Made by a program: the position numbers and the translations under genes. From NCBI GenBank assembly GCA_041752695.1, contig JBGSVZ010000092.1, positions 32,001 through 96,000 of the forward strand: a stretch of DNA of 64,000 nucleotides, read 5' to 3'. This DNA is from Terrimicrobiaceae bacterium. GTDB lineage: Bacteria; Verrucomicrobiota; Verrucomicrobiia; Chthoniobacterales; Terrimicrobiaceae. Shown one piece after another: positions 8,428 through 17,629 of this stretch; position 1 is the stretch's first letter; each line of letters opens with the position of its first letter. The notes below the pieces were generated by a model that made no database searches, had not been told where the DNA came from, and saw only the letters and a list, made by a program, of their open reading frames with translations.

Positions 8428-10932
8428 ATGAAAATTCTGCCCCTACTTGCCCTTTCATCTCTTTGTTTCCTTGAATCTGTTGTCGCGCAGACGCCCGGAG
8501 ACCTTGTTATTCCCGCCGACCTTGATGTCGGCGCGCTCAAGACCGAAAATGGAGCCCACGTTGCCGTCGAAGACGAAGCGGGTGCCAAGGTACTGAAGAT
8601 TTCTTTTCCGGGTGGCGGAGGGTATCCGGGGGTTGATTTCGCCTCGCCGGTTGGCGGATGGGATCTGGCCGCTTTTGGTGGCATCGCGGCCAATGTCACT
8701 AATGCTGGCACGACCAATCTGGGCGTCACTCTCCGCGTGGAAAATGCCGGGGACTGGCGTCAGTCCCCTTGGAACTCGAACGTCGTCTGGCTCAAACCCG
8801 GGGCGGGCGGCACGATTACGGTGAATTTTGGCGAGTCGTTCGGAAAACCGGGTTTCCCCCTGAATGCGGCGGCAGTGTCCAAGTTGAAGATCTTTGCCAC
8901 GGAACCCAAGCAGGAGGGAGCAATTCTTGTTCACGATATCAAAGCCGTGGGTGCTTCTTCCCGGGCGCAAACCACTCCGTCACAGGCTGGGAAAACTGCG
9001 GCCGCCAGTCCAAAAAGCGCCCCTGCCTCTCCGGCGAATGCCGGTGTTTCTCTTATCGATTTTGCCTCTCTCGATGTGGCGTCTCTCAAGACCGAGAACT
9101 CTGCCGAGGTCGCCGTGGTGGAAGACGGTGGCACCAAGGCTCTCCAACTGAATTTTCCTGCCAGTCAGGGGTATCCCGGTGTCGACTTCGAGGAGGGCGG
9201 TCCCTGGGATCTTTCCGCTGCTGCGGGAGTCGAAGTTGCGGTTGAAAACAAAGGGTCTGGCAAAGTCGGGTTTAACGTGCGGGTGGACAATCCCGGGGAC
9301 TGGAAAAAATCCCCTTGGAATACGGAAACCATCTGGCTGGAACCAGGCGCCGTGAAAACCGCCACCGTGACTTTCGGCCAGTCTTTCGGGCGGGCCGGAT
9401 ACCCGCTTGATGCCTCCCGAGTGTCGCGGGTAAAGATTTTTGCCAACCCGTCCGCCACGGCGGGAAGTCTGGTGATTCGCAGTATTCAGCCCTTTGGGAC
9501 AGCGGGAGAGCGGGCCGTGGCGACCGCAGCGGAGGCCGCTCCGGCGAGCGGAGGATTGTTGCCTCCTGCTCCCGATAATCCCAATGCACCCAGCATCGGG
9601 GGAGAACTTTTCCCGCTCGATGGCGAGCCTAATCTTTCGAAACTGCAAACCCAGAATGTCAAGGTCTCGCTCGATTCCTCGTCCGGGGCTCCTGCCATCA
9701 AGGCGGAATTCTCTCCGGATAATTACCCCAATCTTAAATTTCCCTGCGCAGGCCTGGGCTGGAATTTGCAGGCGTTTTCCGGTGTCCAGATCGAACTCAC
9801 TAATACCGGCCCGGTAAAGGTTCGCGCCGCTCTGCGGGTGGACAACCCGGGCGATTGGAAGCTCGAGCCGTGGAATACCGAAATGTCTTATGTTGAGCCA
9901 GGTGAAACCAAGGTCCTTAAACTGGTCTTTGGAAAGGATAGCGGCGCGCCGGGGTTTGATCTCGATCCCACCCAGGTCACCGGAATCCAACTTTTCCTCG
10001 AACGTCCGAAACAACCCACCACGCTTTTGATCCGTGATCTTAAAGCCTTCGGGAGTGGCAGCGAGAGGGTCAGCAACACGGCCCTCACCAAACCTGCGGA
10101 CCGCACGGTTCCGGCGACTCCGCCGGATTGGCTTGGTCAACGCCCTCCCGTGCCAGGAGACTGGGTTCAAACCCTTGATGAAAACTTCGAGGGAGACAGC
10201 CTCAATACCAAACTTTGGACGCCCCGGTTCCCCTGGGACGGACCGCAGCCGGGCCAATTGCAACGTTATGCTCCGGAAAACGTGACCGTCAAAAATGGCA
10301 GGCTGGTGATCAAAGCCGAAAAGTTGGCCGGTCATGAAAATAACGATTCGTCGCTCGGGCGTCGGGAGTACACCTCCGGATTGGTGCAGTCCTTCGACAA
10401 ATGGACCCAACGTTACGGATATTTCGAGGCGCGGGTGAAGTTGCCGACTGCTCGAGGGCTTTGGCCGGCATTCTGGATGATGCCCGACCGCGGCCGGGAC
10501 TCGGGCCTGGACACCTGGAAGCGCCGTGACACCGGCAACGGTGCCATGGAAATCGACATCCTTGAGCACCTGTGCGAATGGGGCCCGGGGCGCAACAACG
10601 TGGCGGTGCATTGGGATGGGTATGGATCTGACCACAAACAATGGGGCTCGACCCACGTTTATTTTGGACCCACGCCGGACGGTTGGCACAACTTTGGTCT
10701 CCTCTGGGAACCCGGAAAACTTACCTGGTTTATTGACGGCAAAAAAGTCATCGAATGGGAAAACGAACGCGTTTCCGATGTGGCGTCTTATCTGAAACTA
10801 AATATCCAGATGGGCGGTTGGGCCGCCAAGGATGTGGACCTTTCCAAACTGCCCGATGTCATGGAGGTGGAATTTGTCCGCGCCTGGCAACTGAAGGATC
10901 GACTGGAAAAAAACGCCGCCGCCAAACCATGA
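8428..10932 (+). CDS. Secreted GH16 glycoside hydrolase with three tandem N-terminal CBM-like modules
   Basis: Signal peptide MKILPLLALSSLC; three ~145-aa repeats; YGYFEAR, GLWPAFW and the EIDILE catalytic motif. Confidence 0.88.
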   Translation: MKILPLLALSSLCFLESVVAQTPGDLVIPADLDVGALKTENGAHVAVEDEAGAKVLKISFPGGGGYPGVDFASPVGGWDLAAFGGIAANVTNAGTTNLGVTLRVENAGDWRQSPWNSNVVWLKPGAGGTITVNFGESFGKPGFPLNAAAVSKLKIFATEPKQEGAILVHDIKAVGASSRAQTTPSQAGKTAAASPKSAPASPANAGVSLIDFASLDVASLKTENSAEVAVVEDGGTKALQLNFPASQGYPGVDFEEGGPWDLSAAAGVEVAVENKGSGKVGFNVRVDNPGDWKKSPWNTETIWLEPGAVKTATVTFGQSFGRAGYPLDASRVSRVKIFANPSATAGSLVIRSIQPFGTAGERAVATAAEAAPASGGLLPPAPDNPNAPSIGGELFPLDGEPNLSKLQTQNVKVSLDSSSGAPAIKAEFSPDNYPNLKFPCAGLGWNLQAFSGVQIELTNTGPVKVRAALRVDNPGDWKLEPWNTEMSYVEPGETKVLKLVFGKDSGAPGFDLDPTQVTGIQLFLERPKQPTTLLIRDLKAFGSGSERVSNTALTKPADRTVPATPPDWLGQRPPVPGDWVQTLDENFEGDSLNTKLWTPRFPWDGPQPGQLQRYAPENVTVKNGRLVIKAEKLAGHENNDSSLGRREYTSGLVQSFDKWTQRYGYFEARVKLPTARGLWPAFWMMPDRGRDSGLDTWKRRDTGNGAMEIDILEHLCEWGPGRNNVAVHWDGYGSDHKQWGSTHVYFGPTPDGWHNFGLLWEPGKLTWFIDGKKVIEWENERVSDVASYLKLNIQMGGWAAKDVDLSKLPDVMEVEFVRAWQLKDRLEKNAAAKP

Positions 10933-11747
10933 AAGCCCCTTCGCTCAGCCCCATCAGGACAACTTTGGTAGCCGCCTTCGCAGTTCTAAGCTCAGCCTGG
11001 GCGGAGCCGAACCCCGTGGATTTCACCACGGCGTCGCTGCCTGCCGGGCCACTGGTCTCTCAGCCAGGCTGGAAGCTTAACGTTCAGGCTCCAGCCAACG
11101 CTGACTTTGTCGTCAGACCCGGAGTGGGGCTGGAAATGACCGACAACACCGGCGGGTCCCATGCCGCCTCCTACGGTTTCTATTTTGACCGGGAAGTGCC
11201 GCTCGGCCGGGACACCTTCGATGCGGGAATGGCCCTGACGACCACGGCGAACTTTATCGTCAAACAGGAACCGGGGCCCAAGAAGGGCCGTGTGTTGGGC
11301 CTGGGCTGGGGGTTGTTCCTTCCGGTCGGGCCTAACAATATGCCGTTTTTCGCCGAATTCGCCCGTGACACGGAGGCCGGCGGATATCGTCTCCGTTTTG
11401 CCAAAGCGGAGGAGCAAACCAAAGTGGAAGGTGAGTCGGTGGCAGTCATCCCCGAGGAAGCGCTCGGTCTGGGTCCGGCCGATGCGGAATCCGATCCCTT
11501 GCAGATGTCGCTGACGTTGACCAACCTTGGCGAAAAGTCTGACTGGGAGTCGGTCACCATGCTGACAAACCTTAAGACGAAAAAGACGTTCGTTCTGAAA
11601 AATTCGATCAAGGCTCCGGCGGTTTACAAGACCGATGACTTTTTGCGGGGGATCGTCAACTTACGGCGCGCTGGGGAAGATGGGCTTTCCTCCGTGATGA
11701 TCACTGAGATCGACGCCGAACCGGCCGTGGATCCGACCGCTCAATAA
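10929..11747 (+). CDS. Secreted hypothetical protein (probably beta-sandwich)
   Basis: ATG overlaps the GH16 stop (ATGA); signal peptide ending SAWA|E; no recognised motif. Confidence 0.7.
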   Translation: MKAPSLSPIRTTLVAAFAVLSSAWAEPNPVDFTTASLPAGPLVSQPGWKLNVQAPANADFVVRPGVGLEMTDNTGGSHAASYGFYFDREVPLGRDTFDAGMALTTTANFIVKQEPGPKKGRVLGLGWGLFLPVGPNNMPFFAEFARDTEAGGYRLRFAKAEEQTKVEGESVAVIPEEALGLGPADAESDPLQMSLTLTNLGEKSDWESVTMLTNLKTKKTFVLKNSIKAPAVYKTDDFLRGIVNLRRAGEDGLSSVMITEIDAEPAVDPTAQ

Positions 11748-11764
11748 CGACCGCTTGAGACTTT

Positions 11765-13681
11765 ATGAAAATTCCTGCGTTAGCAGCGGTGTTTGTCGCC
11801 GTACTTACCTCACCCCTTGCCGCCGCCGAGTCGTCCAAAGACCTCCTGGCACCCAGCTTGGCCGAAACCGCGGCGCGGATGAAACCCAACACCCCCGACC
11901 TGAAGGTGGCCTCCTGTCAGGATCCCGCGGGATTTGATATTACGATTCAACCCGGCACGGAAGGATATCCAGGCATAAATCTGACTCCGGATGGTGATGC
12001 CGTGTGGGACTTATCCTCCTCCGGGCATGTCGAGGCCAGGGTCGTCAATACAGGGACGGCCGCTCTTTCGCTCGCTCTGCGGGTGGATGCCAAAGCGGAT
12101 TGGAAACTCAGTCCTTGGAATACGGAGAACAAAACGATCAAGCCCGGGGAAACCGCGCTTTTGAAAGTGATTTTTGGTTTTTCTTATGGCTTCAAGCCGG
12201 CCTTCAAGGTGAATCCCGCCGAGATTGAAAAGATCCTCCTCTTCTCTGAAAAGCGTCCTTACGCCCAATCCTTCCGGATCGAGACGCTCCAGGCAGCGGG
12301 CCCGGCGGGCGAAAAACCCCCGGTCGATCCCAAATCCGTGCGCGTCATTCCCAAGAAGGGGGTCATCTTTCCCGGGGAATCCGTGGACCCCGCTAAGCAA
12401 CTTGAGGCGAAAAATGGCGCCTCTGTTTCCTTGGACGGGCCGGTGCTGAAAATCGATTTTGTGGAAGGCAAAACCGGGCAATCCGTCGCGATCAAGCCTG
12501 TCCTGGGAAAATGGGATCTCCGCGACGCACTGCAAGTGCGCGTCCGTCTCAAAAACACGGGCACTTCGGCCATCACGCCGAAGGTTGTGGTGAGCAGCAA
12601 CGACGGTCCGGCGGACCCCGTGTCTGCGGCCCTAGCGCCGGGAGAGGAAAAGGAAGTCGGAGTTTCCTTCATCCCCAAGGTCCCCTGGCAGGGCATCAAG
12701 GGACTGGATAAAACCGCCTGGGACGGGCAACCCAACACGGGGACGAAATTCATTAGCGATGCAGCGGGTCCTATTGTCATCAGTCAGGGCCCGGAAACCG
12801 GCCCCCAATCGTTGGCGGTGACTTCCATCATTGCCGACGTTCCTCCCGCTCCGGAAATGCCGGAGTGGCTGGGCAAGAAGCCGCCGGTGGAGGGCGACTG
12901 GGTGCAGACATTCTCCGAGGAATTTGACGACGGCACGCTCGACGAAACGAAATGGCGGATCTACACGGAAAATTACTGGGATAAGCGCAGTCATTTCAGT
13001 AAAGACAATGTGATTCTCAAGGACGGCAAAGCGATCCTGCGGTATGAGAAAAAGACCGGTTTCCATAACGATGACCCGAAGCTTAAGCAGACCGACTATG
13101 CCACCGGGTTTCTTGACACGTATGGCAAATGGGTGCAGCGCTACGGCTATTTTGAGGCCCGCATGAAATTGCCCACTGGCCCCGGTCTCTGGCCCGCCTT
13201 CTGGCTGATGCCGGATCGGGGCGAAGCGGAGGGACCCCAGTGGAAGCGGGCGGATACCGGGCGCGGCGCCATGGAATTTGATATTATGGAATTTCTTTCC
13301 CGGTGGGGTCCCTATCGATTTAACATCGCCTTCCACTGGGACGGCTACGGCAAGGAACACAAACAGACGGGCACGACCAAAATCTATTTTCAGCCCGATA
13401 AGGATGGGTATGTGACTTCCGGATTGCTCTGGTTGCCTGGGCTGGCCGTAATTTACGCCAATGGCCAGGAAGTAGCCCGCCTGGAGACTCCTCGGATGTC
13501 GAATGTGGCATCGGACATCATGTTCACCCATGTCTCGGGTGGTTGGGACAATAATGGGATTGATGACAAGACCCTGCCTGACGATTTTGTCATCGATTAC
13601 GTGCGCGCCTGGCAGCGCAAGGACTTGGCGTCGCCGGTTGATGGACCCGTTGCGCCTGTTGTGAAGCCGGCCAATCCCTGA
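11765..13681 (+). CDS. Secreted GH16 glycoside hydrolase with two N-terminal CBM-like modules
   Basis: Signal peptide; YGYFEARMK, GLWPAFWLMPDRG and the EFDIME catalytic motif; paralogue of 8428..10932. Confidence 0.88.
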   Translation: MKIPALAAVFVAVLTSPLAAAESSKDLLAPSLAETAARMKPNTPDLKVASCQDPAGFDITIQPGTEGYPGINLTPDGDAVWDLSSSGHVEARVVNTGTAALSLALRVDAKADWKLSPWNTENKTIKPGETALLKVIFGFSYGFKPAFKVNPAEIEKILLFSEKRPYAQSFRIETLQAAGPAGEKPPVDPKSVRVIPKKGVIFPGESVDPAKQLEAKNGASVSLDGPVLKIDFVEGKTGQSVAIKPVLGKWDLRDALQVRVRLKNTGTSAITPKVVVSSNDGPADPVSAALAPGEEKEVGVSFIPKVPWQGIKGLDKTAWDGQPNTGTKFISDAAGPIVISQGPETGPQSLAVTSIIADVPPAPEMPEWLGKKPPVEGDWVQTFSEEFDDGTLDETKWRIYTENYWDKRSHFSKDNVILKDGKAILRYEKKTGFHNDDPKLKQTDYATGFLDTYGKWVQRYGYFEARMKLPTGPGLWPAFWLMPDRGEAEGPQWKRADTGRGAMEFDIMEFLSRWGPYRFNIAFHWDGYGKEHKQTGTTKIYFQPDKDGYVTSGLLWLPGLAVIYANGQEVARLETPRMSNVASDIMFTHVSGGWDNNGIDDKTLPDDFVIDYVRAWQRKDLASPVDGPVAPVVKPANP

Positions 13682-13684
13682 TTT

Positions 13685-15121
13685 GTGGCTGCTCCAGAAC
13701 ACCTGGCAACAGGGGGTGCGGTCGCTGACGTTCAAGCCGCTCGGTACAAGGTCGGTACGCTCAGCTACACGAAGGCGGGTCTGTTCACCCTCTTCGCGTA
13801 TTTGTTGTGGGGGGACTTTTGTTTCACTCTGATGGAGACAGTGGTCCCAAGTGTGATGCCGCTGAAGTTTAACGCCATTGGCGCACCCAATTGGGCGATG
13901 GGCCTTATTCTGACGACGATTCCGAACCTGATGAACATGGTGATCAATCCGTTCGTCAGCTTCCGGAGCGACCGGTTCCGCAGCCCGTGGGGGCGACGGA
14001 TTCCCTTTCTGGCGGGGGCCACGCCCTTTCTGGTCCTCTTTCTGATTCTGCTCGGCTTCTCCGAACCGATCGGCCGGTGGGTTCAGCGGGTTGTGCTGGG
14101 TGGAACCGGCTCTGAGTTGAACATTCTCCTGATTGTGATCGGGGTTTTCATGGTTTGTTTCCAGTTTTTCAACCTCTTCATTACGTCGGTCTATTATTAC
14201 CTCTTTAATGATGTCGTCCCCCACGCTTTTCTGGCGCGGTTCATGGCGTTGTTTCGCATGGTCGGAACCGCCGCGGGCACCCTCTATAGTTTTTTCGTTT
14301 TCAAATTTGCCGAAACGCACATGCAGGAGATTTTTCTCTTCTCCGGCCTCCTCTATCTAAGTGCCTTCATCCTCATGTGTTGGAAGGTGAAGGAGGGGGA
14401 GTATCCTCCGCCCCCGGAGAACGTTGACAAAAACGAAGGACTCATCTCCAGCATCAAAACCTACGGCGTGGAATGTTTTTCCCACCGCTTTTATTGGTTC
14501 TTTTTCCTGGGGAATGCCGCGTATGCCATGACCTGGGTCTCGGCGGCCTACGGGGTTCTCGGGGCGACAGGGATTGTCGGAATCGATCTTGCCACCTTTG
14601 GCAAGGTGGCCGGTGTCTGTGGCGTCCTAAGCCTCATTCTCCTGTATCCTGCAGGAATCATCGCGGACCGGTATCACCCCTTGAGAGTCCTGCTGGTTTC
14701 GACCATTGCCCAATCGATGCTCGCCCCCTTCTCGATTGCGTTTCTGTTTGGGAGACCGATGCTGTCCGACCAGACCGCTTTTTACATCTATCTGGGAATC
14801 AGTGTGGTGGGACTGACCATCGTCACGCTGCACGGGGCGGCCGAGCTTCCCATGTTTATGCAACTCCTTCCCCAGGAGCGGTATGGGCAGTTTTGTTCCG
14901 CCAACGCCTTGATTCGTTCGGCTGGCTTGATGGTCGGAGGATTGGCCTGCGGAATCTTTTTGGATCTGGCGAAAACCCTGCACCCGGATCCCGTGCAATG
15001 TTACCGATTTGTTCCCGTCTGGAACTTGATCTGGCTTATCGCGTCCTCGATCCTCTATTTTTTCCTGCATCGCGAATGGCAGCGTCTGGGGGGACGGCTT
15101 GCTTATAAGGCGCCGCAGTAG
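13685..15121 (+). CDS. MFS transporter, probably an oligosaccharide importer
   Basis: About 12 hydrophobic segments; SDRFRSPWGRRIPF motif typical of GPH/sucrose-like MFS; GIIADRY in the second half; GTG start. Confidence 0.85.
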   Translation: MAAPEHLATGGAVADVQAARYKVGTLSYTKAGLFTLFAYLLWGDFCFTLMETVVPSVMPLKFNAIGAPNWAMGLILTTIPNLMNMVINPFVSFRSDRFRSPWGRRIPFLAGATPFLVLFLILLGFSEPIGRWVQRVVLGGTGSELNILLIVIGVFMVCFQFFNLFITSVYYYLFNDVVPHAFLARFMALFRMVGTAAGTLYSFFVFKFAETHMQEIFLFSGLLYLSAFILMCWKVKEGEYPPPPENVDKNEGLISSIKTYGVECFSHRFYWFFFLGNAAYAMTWVSAAYGVLGATGIVGIDLATFGKVAGVCGVLSLILLYPAGIIADRYHPLRVLLVSTIAQSMLAPFSIAFLFGRPMLSDQTAFYIYLGISVVGLTIVTLHGAAELPMFMQLLPQERYGQFCSANALIRSAGLMVGGLACGIFLDLAKTLHPDPVQCYRFVPVWNLIWLIASSILYFFLHREWQRLGGRLAYKAPQ

Positions 15122-15124
15122 GCC

Positions 15125-16708
15125 CTATCTCATTGCAGGGGCACGCTGATTCCGGGAGAAGGCGTCTGTCAGCACTTTTTTGCGGGAGGTTGGTTCGAGA
15201 GAAGACGACTCCTCCAGAAAGTCGGCTCTTACCTCCACATTCCAGCCGTGCCACTCGCGAAAGGCGTGATAGGACCAGTCCCAGCCGTATTCTTCAAAAA
15301 TCTCGATGCAATCGCGGAGATACCGTGCCGCGCTGTCGCCCGGAGCCCAACGCGGGGCACTAAATTCGCCGACGTAAATGGGAACGTTATAATCCTTCTG
15401 GTATTCGCGGACCGGCCCCAGGGTTTCCTTGATTTTCGCCTTGTCCCAATAGACGCCGTCGAACGTTCCGGGATACTCTTTTCCGGCCGGCATCCCGCCG
15501 AGAACACCTTGGTGGGTGAATTTCATCGGTTCATACAAATGAACGCTGTACACGATTCCGGGGACGTCGAGAGGTTCGAAAAATTCCAAATTGCCCCAGC
15601 CCCCGTGCGGGCCGGGTTCGATGATGATGGCGCGCTTGGGATCAATGGCGCGGACACGTTGCGCCACGTGCCCGGCGAGGGCCCGCCAGTCAAGTAAGCC
15701 TGCGGCGACTTTGCCTTCGACCGGCTCGTTAATCAGGTCGTAACCCCAGATGCCCGGTTTGTCCTTGTAATGGGTTGCAAGGCGGTCCCAGACCTGGATG
15801 AATTTTTGCTGATAAGCCTCTTTTTCAAATATGGCTAACTGGCCAGACGCTCCGGCGCCGGGCGGCGTGTGAAGATCAATCACGACCCGAATCCCGAGTT
15901 CGCGGCAGAGCGGGAGCCATCGGTCGACTTCGGTTATGGTCTCTTCGAGCCACTTGTCATAAAGGGCGAGGTCCAGCCGCCGTTCCGGAAACGTTCCATC
16001 CCACCAATAGAACTGCCATCGGATGAGATTGCCCTTCCATTGTGCCAGTTCCCGCAGGTCCTCTTCCTTGCCTTTGGGGCCGTACATGACGCCCCGCAAA
16101 CGGGGCGCATCGCTTCTGCGGTCCAGGTCTTCCGGCTCCAGAAGGGTGGGCTGTGCGACGGGGCGGACCCTCGGGGTGGCGGAAATGGAAACGTTCACAT
16201 CGTCGAACCAGGCCTTCCCGCTGGCGTCCTGGAGTCCGAGGATGACTGAGGCCTCGGTGGCATCCGGCGGAATCATCACGGTGAGGCCCAGGTCTTTCCA
16301 GTCGAAGGTTCCGAAAAGTTCCATGACTCCCTGGTAATCCGGCCCTTTGGGAGAAACGGTATAAACCATTAGCTTCACCCCATTCCACGGTTCGGCGGGT
16401 TTGCTCACGTTTTCGGCCTTCACCCGGCCGGAAAGGGTGACGCGGAATCCACGGATCCGGTCAAGCGGAAGGGGGATCGAAACAAGGTGATTTCCAGGCT
16501 GCCCGCATGTCACCGCCAATGCGGCTGAGCGGCCGGCAATTTCCTCGGGCGCCGCCGAACCCGAGCCCTCGTTCCGCCAGGCTTCAGGGATCTCGGGGGT
16601 TTCGAAGTCGGTGTGGAAAATATGGTGGCTGCCTTGATGAGCCTCTGCCCCCAGCGCGGGAAGGGCGGGGGCAAGAAAAAGCAGAGAGGAAAGAAGGCGC
16701 CGTATCAT
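15125..16708 (-). CDS. Secreted GH5 glycoside hydrolase with N-terminal CBM4/9-like domain
   Basis: Signal peptide; GTFDWK...GKAWFDDV CBM-like motifs; IDLHTPPG, YDLINEP, YSVHLY and IYVGEF. Confidence 0.85.
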   Translation of the reverse strand: MIRRLLSSLLFLAPALPALGAEAHQGSHHIFHTDFETPEIPEAWRNEGSGSAAPEEIAGRSAALAVTCGQPGNHLVSIPLPLDRIRGFRVTLSGRVKAENVSKPAEPWNGVKLMVYTVSPKGPDYQGVMELFGTFDWKDLGLTVMIPPDATEASVILGLQDASGKAWFDDVNVSISATPRVRPVAQPTLLEPEDLDRRSDAPRLRGVMYGPKGKEEDLRELAQWKGNLIRWQFYWWDGTFPERRLDLALYDKWLEETITEVDRWLPLCRELGIRVVIDLHTPPGAGASGQLAIFEKEAYQQKFIQVWDRLATHYKDKPGIWGYDLINEPVEGKVAAGLLDWRALAGHVAQRVRAIDPKRAIIIEPGPHGGWGNLEFFEPLDVPGIVYSVHLYEPMKFTHQGVLGGMPAGKEYPGTFDGVYWDKAKIKETLGPVREYQKDYNVPIYVGEFSAPRWAPGDSAARYLRDCIEIFEEYGWDWSYHAFREWHGWNVEVRADFLEESSSLEPTSRKKVLTDAFSRNQRAPAMR

Positions 16709-16762
16709 GTCTTACCATCAATCATCGGCGGACGGTTTGAAAGGGTCTTCTTGGCCGGGATT

Positions 16763-17539
16763 TCAGCCCGCTTTTTCGATCAAGGCATAAGCGTTATGAT
16801 TGTGAATGGATTCGAAGTTTTCCGCTTCCGCGCGGTACCAGGTAATATTAGGATCGGCGTTGCAGCGGGCGGCGATGTTGCGCACGAGGTCTTCGACGAA
16901 AACCGGATTGTCATAGGCGCGCTCGGTCACCTCTTTTTCGTCAGGCCGTTTGAGGAGACTGTAAAGCTCGCTGCTGGCGCAGTCTTCCACGAGTCGGATC
17001 ATGTCCTCGATCCACATGGGTTTTTGGAAGCGGATCGCCAGGGTGACCTGACCGCGTTGGTTGTGAGCGCCGCGTGCGCTGATGGCTTTGGAGCAGGGAC
17101 AGAGGGTCGTGACGGGAACGACGGCCGTGACGATAAAATCCATTTTTCCCTTTTCCAGAGTGGCGTTAAAGCGCGCCGTGTAGTCCATCAGGCCGGGGGC
17201 TTTTGTTGCGGGGGCCAGTTTTTCGAGGAAGAAGGGAAACTCGAAATCGACATGCGCGCAGTCGCTCTCCAGCCGTTTCGTGAGCTGCTCCAGAATCTCG
17301 CGGATATTGTCCACGTGGAGGACCGGTCCATGCGAGTTGAGGGCCTCGACGAAGCGGCTCATATGAGTGCCTTTGAAATGGTGGGGCAGATCGACCGTGA
17401 GTTGCACGGTGGCAATGGTGCTCTGGACGGAGTGATTTTTGTCGCGAATCTGAATCGGATAACGCAGGTCCTTCACCCCCACGCGGTCGATGGGAATCTG
17501 GCGCGTGTCGTGTTCGTTTTGGGTGTCTTTCAACGTCAT
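16763..17539 (-). CDS. folE2: GTP cyclohydrolase FolE2 (type IB)
   Basis: IDRVGVK, KGTHMSRF, TLCPCSK, GAHNQR, LKRPDEK, FVEDLVR and ESIHNHNA motifs. Confidence 0.95.
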   Translation of the reverse strand: MTLKDTQNEHDTRQIPIDRVGVKDLRYPIQIRDKNHSVQSTIATVQLTVDLPHHFKGTHMSRFVEALNSHGPVLHVDNIREILEQLTKRLESDCAHVDFEFPFFLEKLAPATKAPGLMDYTARFNATLEKGKMDFIVTAVVPVTTLCPCSKAISARGAHNQRGQVTLAIRFQKPMWIEDMIRLVEDCASSELYSLLKRPDEKEVTERAYDNPVFVEDLVRNIAARCNADPNITWYRAEAENFESIHNHNAYALIEKAG

Positions 17540-17629
17540 GATCAAAATCATACGAAGCCGGTGGCGGGGGCGGCACGGAAAATGTTTGGCATTCCGCCCG
17601 CAGATGCGGAAATGATGCCGTCTTTCCCG

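Noticed and set aside
16613..17629. 806-aa ORF suggesting a long N-terminal extension on the sugar kinase
   Set aside because: The extension is the antisense shadow of folE2. The kinase motif starts right after the ATG at 17630.
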